Both the position numbers and the translations under genes were made by a program. Below, piece by piece: positions 41,171 through 50,315 of a stretch of 64,000 nucleotides of DNA (positions are counted from its first letter, which is position 1; each line of letters opens with the position of its first letter). Below the pieces are notes generated by a model. It made no database searches. It was not told where the DNA came from and saw only the letters and a program-made list of their open reading frames with translations. The stretch comes from Candidatus Saccharimonadota bacterium (GTDB lineage: Bacteria > Patescibacteriota > Saccharimonadia > Saccharimonadales > Saccharimonadaceae), in contig JAFWDS010000021.1 in the NCBI GenBank assembly GCA_017516075.1, positions 17,151 through 81,150 on the forward strand, given 5' to 3'.

Positions 41171-41891
41171 TCGCCATCACCTCCTTTAAAATCGCCGGGA
41201 TTTTGGTGTATTTATCGCGCGAAACACCATGGCGTCCAGCAGTCCTAATCGCAGTAATATTTGGATTCTGTTTGAGAAGTTGCGGTATATTGTGTGGTGC
41301 AATCAACTTGTCATCCTTACCATATATTATTACTGTCGGTACTTTCACTTTAGCCAGCACACCATAATTCTTGCGGTCCATCACAATGTTCTCCATCGAA
41401 CCAATAAATGCTTTTTCTTTTAAGATGTCTTCACTACGCGCCGCTACGGATTTTTTGAATGCCTCCATGCCTAGCAAGAATAACGGATTATCGTAATCTT
41501 TTTCAGTGTAAATCGGTGGCGAAATCAAAATCAGTTTAGCTACCTCACTAGGATAAAAGCTAGCATATCTCGTTACGATAAAAGTCCCCAGCGAATGCCC
41601 CACTAGCACCAAAGGTACCTCGGATTTGAGCTCTAGGATTGCATTCCGGAGAGCTTCTAACTGCTCGTCATAATTATAATTCAAAGCATCATCCTTCAAA
41701 GATAATCCAGAACCTAGTAAATCCAGCTTCACAAACCTAACATCCTTCAAAGATTCTTCTGCCTCAAAGAATTCGTGTGCCTCATTATATGTTGTCGAAT
41801 CGGAAGCAATTCCGTGAATCATTACTACGCATACTTTTGGTTCTCCACTTCTACAAACATCATAAGTATTAGTTAGAATCAATTTCTTCAT
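41157..41891 (-). CDS. Alpha/beta hydrolase
   Basis: VMIHGI, DLLGSG, GHSLG nucleophile elbow, IYGKDD, GRH. Confidence 0.88.
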   Translation of the reverse strand: MKKLILTNTYDVCRSGEPKVCVVMIHGIASDSTTYNEAHEFFEAEESLKDVRFVKLDLLGSGLSLKDDALNYNYDEQLEALRNAILELKSEVPLVLVGHSLGTFIVTRYASFYPSEVAKLILISPPIYTEKDYDNPLFLLGMEAFKKSVAARSEDILKEKAFIGSMENIVMDRKNYGVLAKVKVPTVIIYGKDDKLIAPHNIPQLLKQNPNITAIRTAGRHGVSRDKYTKIPAILKEVMANETL

Positions 41892-42871
41892 AACAGCTCC
41901 CCTAATAATTCTGGCACAATCCGAACCAAATCCTGTACGACTTCTTCATAGGAAACATCATAAGTACGAAATCCAGAAGCAAAAGCATGTCCACCACCAC
42001 CAAAATACCCGGCGACTTTCTCCGCAATTGGCGCATCCGAAGCTGTGCGCACTTTACCAGTTAATTTACCATCTGGATAAGTCTTGATTGCTACAGCTAC
42101 TTTCACACCCTCCACCAATCTCATCTCCTCCAAAATCAAGACATTCGGGTTGTATTCATCAGAATATTCGCGGATGTCATCCCACGGAATATGCACTGTA
42201 GCCAGTTCCCCATCTAATGAATATTCAATTCTTTTAATTAAATCCGCCTTGTAATCTAAAATTCTTTGAGATTTTTTCATATATTCGCGGCGTCTTTCTT
42301 CTAACTCCGAAATATTTGCTCCTAGTCGTGACAAATCTGCGCAAACTTCAAAAGTATCCGCTGTCACCGAAGCACTAGTTAGCCCCAAAGTGTCAGATAA
42401 TAATCCTTGGAACATTGCCTCCGCCGCATCCTTGCCAATTTCAAGCTCCTGGTCTTTTGCAATCCGATAAATCAGTTCCGCACATGCCGGCCGTACTTCA
42501 ATAATGCTTTCATGTGGGAATGCTATATCATCTGGAGTCTCATGGTGATCTATCACTAAAATTGGTGCTGAGTATAACTTATTCCGAATCGCTGTATCGT
42601 CTAATAGCTTTGATAGCAATACTTGCGCGGCTGTATCTACAATAATGTACCCATCTGCTTTATAATCAAACTCGTTCGTAATTCTGGACCAATCGGAAAA
42701 ATAATGCAAGTATTTCGGGATATCTACAGGGCAATACAAAGAAACATCCTTAGCGTCCAGCAAGTAGTCTAGCGCCAAAGCCGACCCCAAAGAATCTCCA
42801 TCCGGATTCTCCGCCTGGATAATGCAAATCTTCTCTTTATCTTCCAGAAATTTTGTAAATTTATCGTACAT
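41888..42871 (-). CDS. DHH/DHHA1 phosphoesterase (NrnA-like)
   Basis: NPDGDSLGS, IVDTA, IDHH, LSDT, FGGGGHAFASG; start reassigned to ATG 42871. Confidence 0.9.
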   Translation of the reverse strand: MYDKFTKFLEDKEKICIIQAENPDGDSLGSALALDYLLDAKDVSLYCPVDIPKYLHYFSDWSRITNEFDYKADGYIIVDTAAQVLLSKLLDDTAIRNKLYSAPILVIDHHETPDDIAFPHESIIEVRPACAELIYRIAKDQELEIGKDAAEAMFQGLLSDTLGLTSASVTADTFEVCADLSRLGANISELEERRREYMKKSQRILDYKADLIKRIEYSLDGELATVHIPWDDIREYSDEYNPNVLILEEMRLVEGVKVAVAIKTYPDGKLTGKVRTASDAPIAEKVAGYFGGGGHAFASGFRTYDVSYEEVVQDLVRIVPELLGELL

Positions 42872-42877
42872 ATCTAA

Positions 42878-43032
42878 ATTATAGCACATCGATGGGTGGC
42901 GACAACATTTCAGCGAAGGGGGGTTCGGAGCGCGGCAGCGCGAGAGGTAGCGCGCGAGCCCCGTGGCGACGGGAGCGAGCGACGCGCCCCCGAGCGAAAT
43001 GTTTCGACAGGACCCATCGAAAGTGCTATAAT
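42878..43032. mobile_element. Intergenic family A element between two divergent promoters
   Basis: Arms attatagcac/gtgctataat, tcgatgggt/acccatcga, aacatttc/gaaatgtt; core shared with tatD and tgt copies. Confidence 0.85.
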
Positions 43033-43038
43033 ATAAAT

Positions 43039-43470
43039 ATGACTATTTTTCGTGCAGACAAGAAATTTGAACGATTCGAAGACGTCACGCCAAAATTATT
43101 AAAAAAAGAAGGCGTCAAACTTCTCTTATGTGATTTAGATAATACTTTGAGACTTCATTCCGAAAAGGAACCAGCCGATGAGCTCCAAGAGTGGGTCAAA
43201 GAATGCAATTCCGCTGGCACTAGAATAGTAGTTATATCTAACAATGGCCGCAAAAAGATGATGCAAAAATTCTGCGAACCAATCGGCGTAGATTGTGTTT
43301 GGTGGGCCAAAAAACCCATGAGCACCAAACTCACCGAAGCAATGAAAGAATACAAAACCAAACCTAGCGAGACGGTCATGCTCGGTGACAAATGGTCTAC
43401 CGACGTCCTCGCCGCCAAATTTGCTCGCATCCGTGCTTGGCAAGTAGAACATCGAAAGGATGTGTTATGA
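43039..43470 (+). CDS. yqeG: YqeG-family HAD IIIA phosphatase
   Basis: LLLCDLDNTL, VISNN, AKKP, MLGDKWSTDV; start reassigned to ATG 43039. Confidence 0.85.
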   Translation: MTIFRADKKFERFEDVTPKLLKKEGVKLLLCDLDNTLRLHSEKEPADELQEWVKECNSAGTRIVVISNNGRKKMMQKFCEPIGVDCVWWAKKPMSTKLTEAMKEYKTKPSETVMLGDKWSTDVLAAKFARIRAWQVEHRKDVL

Positions 43471-44120
43471 GTGATAAACATGGGCAGGTGACGGCTCTAG
43501 AGGGGACGCCTCGCGAGAGCTCGAATGGAAGAGAGCAAGGCTCGGCAAGACCCGTCCAAACTATAACCGGTCCCACCATTCTTACAATTATTAGGATGGT
43601 GTTATCTATACTATTTATGGTATTCGTATTACTACCAGACACGTGGGCCAAAATCGTCGCGCTGGTCGTCTTTGTCATCGCCTGCATCACCGACAAAATC
43701 GATGGCATCTGGGCCAGAAATAGCAAACAGGTTACCGATCTCGGTGCTTTCCTTGACCCTTTAGCCGATAAAATGCTTACTAGTCTTGCTTTCCTCACTC
43801 TTGTTTGTCTCGGCATTGTACCAATTTGGGTATTTGCTATCATCTTAGTGCGCGATTATGCTGTAGATGGCATGCGAATGATGGCAGCGCGAGATGGTAT
43901 CACTATCGCTGCCTCGTTTTACGGCAAACTCAAAACCACCATTCAGATGATTGCGCTCATTATCCTTCTTCTTAATCTCATCGTCAACCTAGAATTCTTT
44001 ACCATCCTTGGCAATGTTGCTCTGTATTTAGCGCTTGCTCTTACTATCTTCTCAGGCATAGATTACCTATACAAAGGCTACAAAACAGTTATCAAAAAAC
44101 CTACGCAAAAAACGAAATAA
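43467..44120 (+). CDS. pgsA: CDP-diacylglycerol--glycerol-3-phosphate 3-phosphatidyltransferase with N-terminal palindromic insertion
   Basis: PTILTIIR, TDKIDGIWAR, GAFLDPLADK, RD..VDGMR, GKLKTTIQ; ATGA overlap with yqeG stop. Confidence 0.9.
   Translation: MSDKHGQVTALEGTPRESSNGREQGSARPVQTITGPTILTIIRMVLSILFMVFVLLPDTWAKIVALVVFVIACITDKIDGIWARNSKQVTDLGAFLDPLADKMLTSLAFLTLVCLGIVPIWVFAIILVRDYAVDGMRMMAARDGITIAASFYGKLKTTIQMIALIILLLNLIVNLEFFTILGNVALYLALALTIFSGIDYLYKGYKTVIKKPTQKTK
43481..43558. mobile_element. Degenerate intragenic palindromic element in the pgsA 5' end
   Basis: tgggcaggtgacgg...cggcaagacccgtcca vs cysS copy tgggcgggtgacgg...cggcaggacccgccca. Confidence 0.65.
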
Positions 44121-44787
44121 TTAAAAGTACAGTCGTTGCAAAAGCAGTAGAATCAATTCTATCCAAGAATCCCCCATGTCCTTCTGTGCCACCTACTACA
44201 AGCTCTAACTTTTCAAAGAATTGATTCTTAATTAGGATTTCATTCGAGTCCTTGACATTAAAGGTGCGTTTCAAATGACTTTCAAATAAATCTCCCATTA
44301 GAGCTAGTGGGCCACAAAGCAAATATGCCCAATCTGTTCTAAAATTCCCTAGCGTTATCATCAAAATTAAGACCAACATAAAAGAAGATAGTAGTCCCAA
44401 AACTGTTCCTTCCCAAGTTTTATTCTTCGAAATATGCGGGAATGGACGCGATTTCCTAAAAATCTTCCCGCCAAAAGCCTTGCCAAACAAATATGCAAAA
44501 ATATCGTATCCGCATACACCGAAGATAATATACCAAAAATGCATCGCATCAATCTGCGCTACAAATATCGTCCCGTAAATCAAAAATCCAGTCTCTAAAA
44601 TTGCCAAGATAATATTAGAAAAAGAATACTTTTTTTTGAAAAAACTCATTAACTCAATAAATGACACAAAGGCAAATAGTCCAAAGATAATTTTAAAAGG
44701 GATACTATCGAAAGAATACAATGCAATCAGAGCCACAAAGAACATACTAAATCCTACGATGAGTCTAACTCTAAAATTCTTGTCCAT
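44101..44787 (-). CDS. cdsA: Phosphatidate cytidylyltransferase
   Basis: DIFAYLFGK, PHISKNKTWEG, GDLFESHLKR..NVKDS, GHGGFLDRIDS. Confidence 0.9.
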   Translation of the reverse strand: MDKNFRVRLIVGFSMFFVALIALYSFDSIPFKIIFGLFAFVSFIELMSFFKKKYSFSNIILAILETGFLIYGTIFVAQIDAMHFWYIIFGVCGYDIFAYLFGKAFGGKIFRKSRPFPHISKNKTWEGTVLGLLSSFMLVLILMITLGNFRTDWAYLLCGPLALMGDLFESHLKRTFNVKDSNEILIKNQFFEKLELVVGGTEGHGGFLDRIDSTAFATTVLLIISFFA

Positions 44788-44832
44788 AACCAGATTATAT
44801 CATAATTTATTGTAATGTGCTAAAATATACCT

Positions 44833-46566
44833 ATGCCTTTAGAATACATTTATAACAAACTCAAAAACACTTTGCGCAGGCTTGATATGAAGCTTGAGCG
44901 CGCCAAGTACTCTTACATAGATAAAATGCCACACGATATCGAATACTTCGATGGTGGTATGTACGATGTTGTGTATGAATCATCTTGTAAGTGGCCACAC
45001 AATATCGCTTTGCAATATTTCGACACTGAAATCACCTACAAAGAAATGGTCAAAAAAATCAATAAAGTCGCCGCCGCGCTAAAAGCAATTGGAGCCGAGA
45101 AGGGCGACCGGATTTCTGTCTGTATGCCCAACACCCCAGAAGCAATCTACATGTTCTATGCTATCAACGAAATCGGCGCCGTCGCTAACATGATTCATCC
45201 GCTCTCTAGCGAAAAAGAAATTGAAGACTACGTCAATCAAGCCCATTCCAATATCATCTTATGCATTGACATTTCCTACCCCAAAGTCGAAGCTATCATC
45301 AAAAACACCGAGCTCGAACAAGTTATCGTTGTCTCCCCCACGCGCTCGATGGCAAGCGTAGTTCGCATAATCTACAAACTCACCAAGGGGCGCAAAAACC
45401 ACATCAAGAAATCTCAAAACATTATCACCTGGGATAAATTCTTGCTCAAAGCCAATAAGTTCATCGGTAATCCTCATGCGCGCGTTAATCCTAAAGACGA
45501 TGCCGTAATCATGTATTCGGGCGGCACCACCGGCAAACCCAAAGGTATCATGCTCTCAAACCTCAATTTCAATGCTCAGGCTCTCGGTGCGAAATACCTA
45601 GTCCCGGAATTGTTTAAATCCGAATACTCCTTTATGGCATTCTTGCCCAACTTTCACGCCTTTGGTCTAGGATGCTGCATTCATATGCCATTATATAATG
45701 GCGCGCGCTCTTTTCTGATTCCGCAGTTCAACCCCAAGAAATTCAAGAGCTATATCGTAAAGTATAAAGTCAGTATTTTAGTTGGGGTCCCCACAGTGTT
45801 CGAATACCTCACTAAGATCAAGTTCAAAAAGGACGCCCTGAAAAACGTCAAATACGTCGTTTCTGGTGGCGACATGATTAGTATGTCAAGCAAAGAATCG
45901 ATCAATGATTTTCTTAAGGAGCATGGCTCCAAAGCCAAGATTGAAAACGGCTATGGTCTCACTGAAGCATCTGGTGGTTTCATTTTTTCACCACCCAAAG
46001 TCGCCGAAGATCCGGACGCTATCGGCTATCCTCTACCAGACAACGAGGTGCTTATCATGGACCTCAAGACCAAAAAACCCGCCAAACAAGGCAATGATGG
46101 CGAAATACTGGTCCGCGGTCTTGCAGTCATGAAAGGTTATATCAACAAGCCTAAAGAAACCGCCGAAGCCTTCATCACTGTTAACGGCAAAAAATACCTT
46201 CGCACCGGAGACGTAGGCTATATAGATGAAAACGGCGTAGTCCATTTCCGTACCCGTCTCAAACGTATGATTATTAGTAATGGCTACAATATTTATCCAG
46301 CCAACATCGAGGACGTTACTTTAAAATGCAAAAACGTTGCCGCTTGCGCCGCCGTAGGTCATGAAGACAAACTTCGCGGCGAAATAGTCGTCGTATTTGT
46401 CGTGGCAAATCCAGACACATCAGAACGCGCCATCAAAAAAGAACTAAACAGTATCTACAAAAAACATCTCGCCAAATACGAGATTCCACGCGAAATCCGC
46501 TTCCTGCCCGAACTCCCCAAGACTAAAATGGCTAAAGTAGACTTTAAAGCATTAGAGCAATTATAA
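44833..46566 (+). CDS. Class I adenylate-forming enzyme (long-chain acyl-CoA ligase-like)
   Basis: YSGGTTGKPKG, LPNFHAFG, NGYGLTE, LRTGDVG, R.KRMIISNGYNIYP, LPKTKMAKVD. Confidence 0.85.
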   Translation: MPLEYIYNKLKNTLRRLDMKLERAKYSYIDKMPHDIEYFDGGMYDVVYESSCKWPHNIALQYFDTEITYKEMVKKINKVAAALKAIGAEKGDRISVCMPNTPEAIYMFYAINEIGAVANMIHPLSSEKEIEDYVNQAHSNIILCIDISYPKVEAIIKNTELEQVIVVSPTRSMASVVRIIYKLTKGRKNHIKKSQNIITWDKFLLKANKFIGNPHARVNPKDDAVIMYSGGTTGKPKGIMLSNLNFNAQALGAKYLVPELFKSEYSFMAFLPNFHAFGLGCCIHMPLYNGARSFLIPQFNPKKFKSYIVKYKVSILVGVPTVFEYLTKIKFKKDALKNVKYVVSGGDMISMSSKESINDFLKEHGSKAKIENGYGLTEASGGFIFSPPKVAEDPDAIGYPLPDNEVLIMDLKTKKPAKQGNDGEILVRGLAVMKGYINKPKETAEAFITVNGKKYLRTGDVGYIDENGVVHFRTRLKRMIISNGYNIYPANIEDVTLKCKNVAACAAVGHEDKLRGEIVVVFVVANPDTSERAIKKELNSIYKKHLAKYEIPREIRFLPELPKTKMAKVDFKALEQL

Positions 46567-47166
46567 ATCAGTCCGATTTTCAAGTGCTGCACTTAAGGTA
46601 ATTTGATCTGCATATGAGAGATCGATACCGAGCGGAAGCCCCCGTGCAAGTCTCGTGAGTTTGAGATTCGGATTTTGCTCGTGTAAGATTCTCTCTAGAT
46701 ATAGTGCGGTTGATTCTCCTTCAACCGAAGGATTAGTCGCGATAATTATCTCTTTGACATTGTCATTATTCGCACGTTTAATTAGCTCACCAATATGTAA
46801 TTGTTCAGGCGTCACGCCATCGATGGGAGAGATTGCTCCACCCAATACGTGATAAGTTCCCTTGTACCCACGCGTCTGTTCAATCGCATAAATATCTAGA
46901 GGTTCTTCCACTACTAGAATAGTAGTTTTATCGCGTTCAGGGTCGCTATAAAAAGGCGAAACTTCATCTTCGGCATCAATTAATGCAAAAGTTACAGGGC
47001 AAGACTTAACGCTAGAATGTAGATTTGACAGCGCCAAAGCAATATTATCAGATATTTTATCGTTTGATTTAAAAAGATAATAAGCATATCGCTCGGCAGT
47101 GCGCGGACCAACTCCGGGGAGCATAGACAAAGCGTCAATTACGTTATTAAAAGCTTGTGGCAGCAT
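46561..47166 (-). CDS. recR: Recombination mediator RecR (Zn-finger cysteines mostly lost)
   Basis: LPGVGPRTAER, VVEEPLD, YHVLGGAISP.DG, EIIIATNPSVEGESTA, RLARGLP.G. Confidence 0.93.
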   Translation of the reverse strand: MLPQAFNNVIDALSMLPGVGPRTAERYAYYLFKSNDKISDNIALALSNLHSSVKSCPVTFALIDAEDEVSPFYSDPERDKTTILVVEEPLDIYAIEQTRGYKGTYHVLGGAISPIDGVTPEQLHIGELIKRANNDNVKEIIIATNPSVEGESTALYLERILHEQNPNLKLTRLARGLPLGIDLSYADQITLSAALENRTDL

Positions 47167-47168
47167 TA

Positions 47169-47474
47169 TTACATTCCGCCAAGACCGAGACCAGAAAGTC
47201 CACCCATTAGAGGCTTCATTTTGTCGGTTGCAATTTCCTGAGCCTTTGCGAATCCATCACGCATACAATTCTCAATCCAACGCTCAAGTTCGTGAATATC
47301 GTCTAAGTCAACTTTTTCAGGATCGATTTTAACTTTTTTGACTTTGAGCTCACCATTAATCTGCACGACTACAGCGCCATCACCAGCCTCAACTTCGACT
47401 ATTTCGTTCTTTAGTTCTTTCTGAGCTTTGCGCAACTGATTTAGTAGTTTCATTTGGTCTAATGTTTGACCCAT
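47169..47474 (-). CDS. ybaB: YbaB/EbfC nucleoid-associated protein
   Basis: AQKEL...VEVEAGDGAVVVQING...IDP; adjacent to recR. Confidence 0.88.
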   Translation of the reverse strand: MGQTLDQMKLLNQLRKAQKELKNEIVEVEAGDGAVVVQINGELKVKKVKIDPEKVDLDDIHELERWIENCMRDGFAKAQEIATDKMKPLMGGLSGLGLGGM

Positions 47475-47475
47475 G

Positions 47476-48921
47476 TTATTCTCCTTCCTTCTTTTCGGTA
47501 AAAGTATATAGATATATTATATCAGAGTTATCTCTCATTGGCGAGGTGATAATTTTAGATAGAGAGTAATTTTCCGGAACTTTTTCCAGTTTGCCTAGCA
47601 CAGCAAAAATCGGCAAATTCGTCATATTGTCGACAATTTCGATATCAGAAGAACCCTCGAGTATCTTATAGAAGTCATATCTATTATTAACTACTAGTTT
47701 TTCGTTCGTTAAGTTCTTCTTTATTATTTCCACATCGTAGTTAAATTCATTTGCTACGGTCGGGCTATACCGATAACCATAGATATACTGCATCAAACTC
47801 GGGAAAATCATAATACTAAACAAGATAGTTAGCGGCAAGAGCGCCGAGATTCTTGCATAGGGGTTTTCCGGGAATAATCCATACCATTTTTCAAGCAAAT
47901 ACTTTAGACCATGCGCAATGAGTATCGAAAAAGGCAGAATAAAGAAGATAACGGCGCTAGGATTAAAACCAGTAATAATAATACAGAACACTAGAAGAAT
48001 TGTAGCGATAGAATTTCTTGAGGCAAAGAAACCCTTGGTAGTCGAAAAAAGTCCAATTAATGCAAGCGCGAATGTTGGCAAACTAATCAACGGAGATAGA
48101 TAAACACTTTCAACGCTATTATACCAAGAGAATACCGGCATAAATCCTTTCACGATATTACCGAAGAAATTACCAATCTGGAAATTATTGGTAAACAATA
48201 GTTCCATGATAGTATCGGTATGGTTATAGATGCTAATTCCAAGCAATACAAAACCCCCAACCAAGATTAACCCGACAATAATCAGCGGAAGTTTAGGCAA
48301 ATCTTTCACTATAAAACGTAAATGTGGCTGAAGTGCCACAAATAGTACACAAAATATCGCAAAATAAATCATATATGGTGTAAAAATAGATAGTAGCATT
48401 GCGATAGCAAACATGAACGAATACATCGGCTTTGGGCGTTTCTCGCCCTGGATTTTTGAACCCAACCACAGAAGGAGAGTAGGCCAAAAAACGACCATAA
48501 TCAGCGGTGTACCATTCCCTGCCAAAAACAAGAACGGAGTCGACAACACAATAAGACATGAAGCCAAAAGCGAAACATTGCTTTTAAACCATCTGTTAAG
48601 CAGTAGTATTAGCAAGAACCCCAGTAATATTCCAACCAGAATACTCGGAAGCTTAACACTAAAAGCAGATAAACCCAAAAATGTTATGGAATACTTTTGT
48701 ACTATTCTGTAAGGCAAATCTACTAAGTCGCCATTCAAAATACCATTTCGCCCTAAATAATAAGAGCTCGTAGCCGAATCCATCTCCGCATCAGATAAAC
48801 CAGTTTGTGCTATTAATGGCAACGTAAAAAGAAGAGCCAAAAAAGTAATTCCAAGCAAAATATACCCAATCACAAATCGATATCTGTACAAAAAAAGTTT
48901 AGAAACAATTGTTTTCTTCAC
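47476..48921 (-). CDS. Polytopic membrane protein, GT-C (ArnT/PMT-like) glycosyltransferase-like
   Basis: ~11 TM helices; DLPY, KLPS motifs; GTG start. Confidence 0.55.
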   Translation of the reverse strand: MKKTIVSKLFLYRYRFVIGYILLGITFLALLFTLPLIAQTGLSDAEMDSATSSYYLGRNGILNGDLVDLPYRIVQKYSITFLGLSAFSVKLPSILVGILLGFLLILLLNRWFKSNVSLLASCLIVLSTPFLFLAGNGTPLIMVVFWPTLLLWLGSKIQGEKRPKPMYSFMFAIAMLLSIFTPYMIYFAIFCVLFVALQPHLRFIVKDLPKLPLIIVGLILVGGFVLLGISIYNHTDTIMELLFTNNFQIGNFFGNIVKGFMPVFSWYNSVESVYLSPLISLPTFALALIGLFSTTKGFFASRNSIATILLVFCIIITGFNPSAVIFFILPFSILIAHGLKYLLEKWYGLFPENPYARISALLPLTILFSIMIFPSLMQYIYGYRYSPTVANEFNYDVEIIKKNLTNEKLVVNNRYDFYKILEGSSDIEIVDNMTNLPIFAVLGKLEKVPENYSLSKIITSPMRDNSDIIYLYTFTEKKEGE

Positions 48922-48956
48922 AAATCTATTATATCATAAACAAAATCAAAACAACA

Positions 48957-50315
48957 CTATCGTTCTTTGTCGAGCGACATAAATCTGAGTAGTTCGGGAT
49001 GAAAATATAATTCAATCTTACCTACAGCGCCATGACGATGCTTAGCGATCAATAGCTCAGTGATATTAGTTTCTTCGTAGTTATCATCATTTTGGTGATA
49101 ATAGTCGGGGCGATGCAAAAACATCACTAGGTCAGCATCTTGCTCAATAGAGCCAGATTCACGCAAATCCGACAAAATCGGTCTAGGATTCTCTCTACCT
49201 GTCACATTACGAGAAAGCTGTGCGAGAGCTATTACTGGAATACCTAATTCACGCGCTAAAATCTTTAATCCGCGCGAAACCTCCGAAACCTCTTGCGTAC
49301 GTTGCCCCCTGTAGCGTTCAGAACCCTGAATGAGCTGCAAATAATCAACAATCACTATGCCGATATCATGGTCGTGCATAGCACGGCGGGCTTTATTTCG
49401 AAGCTCAGAAATCGTCATCGAGCTAGTATCGTCAATATAAATCGGTATTTCGTCCATTTCGGCGAGCGCATCGCCAATTCTCTGGAACTCCTCGTCGGTG
49501 AGATTGCCTGTTCTGATATTCCAGTTATTGACTCCAGAAACGTCCGAAACAATTCTGTCTACAATTTCATTTGACGCCATCTCCATCGAAAAGAACAAAA
49601 CAGCCTTTTTGTTGATACTAGCAATATTATATGCTAAATTTTGCGCCAATGTGGTTTTACCCATTGCCGGCCTTGCACCAATGATAACCAAATCGCCTTT
49701 CTGGAAACCAGCCGTTTTCTTATCGAGATCCCGAAATCCAGTCTTCAGTCCTCGGAGTGCACCCTTGTTTTTATGCAAGTTCTCAATTCTGTCAAATGCA
49801 TCGGCTAGGAGTGAATCCATCGAAACATAATCACTCCGTACAATCTTGTCAGAAACCTCGAATAGCTTCGCCTCCGCAGAGCCAATTAAGTCATCTGTAT
49901 TAACATCATCCTCAAACGCCTTTTCAGTAATCAAGCTTCCGGCGCTAATTAACCTGCGACGAATCGCCATTTTTTCAATAATTTCAGCGTAGGCTTTAGC
50001 ATGTGAAGCCGCCGGAACAAAATTAGAAAGTTCAGCTAAGTATTCGCCTCCACCAATATCTTTTAATACTTTTCTCGATTTTAATTCCGATGTTAGCGTC
50101 AACAAATCAATTGGCTTGTGTTGGTCATACAAACTAGCCATTGCATCAAATATAATCTGATGACGTTTTTCGTAAAAATCGTTCGGTGTTAAAACATTCA
50201 GAATTTCTGGCAAAACCGAATCCTGTAACAAGACCGCACCAAGCAAAGACTTCTCCGCAACTTCGTCGTGCGGTGGCACCTTGATGCTATTAGAATGGGC
50301 TTTTTCCTCCGTCAT
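48957..50315 (-). CDS. dnaB: Replicative DNA helicase
   Basis: PPHDEVAEKSLLG, TGFRDLD, GARPAMGKT, FSMEM, IVDYLQL, LAQLSR, LRESGSIEQDAD, KHRHG. Confidence 0.97.
   Translation of the reverse strand: MTEEKAHSNSIKVPPHDEVAEKSLLGAVLLQDSVLPEILNVLTPNDFYEKRHQIIFDAMASLYDQHKPIDLLTLTSELKSRKVLKDIGGGEYLAELSNFVPAASHAKAYAEIIEKMAIRRRLISAGSLITEKAFEDDVNTDDLIGSAEAKLFEVSDKIVRSDYVSMDSLLADAFDRIENLHKNKGALRGLKTGFRDLDKKTAGFQKGDLVIIGARPAMGKTTLAQNLAYNIASINKKAVLFFSMEMASNEIVDRIVSDVSGVNNWNIRTGNLTDEEFQRIGDALAEMDEIPIYIDDTSSMTISELRNKARRAMHDHDIGIVIVDYLQLIQGSERYRGQRTQEVSEVSRGLKILARELGIPVIALAQLSRNVTGRENPRPILSDLRESGSIEQDADLVMFLHRPDYYHQNDDNYEETNITELLIAKHRHGAVGKIELYFHPELLRFMSLDKER

Noticed and set aside
42892-43038. N-terminal extension of YqeG as another in-frame insert
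   Set aside because: A TGCTATAAT box 6 nt before ATG 43039 indicates the element is upstream of the real start, so it was counted as intergenic.
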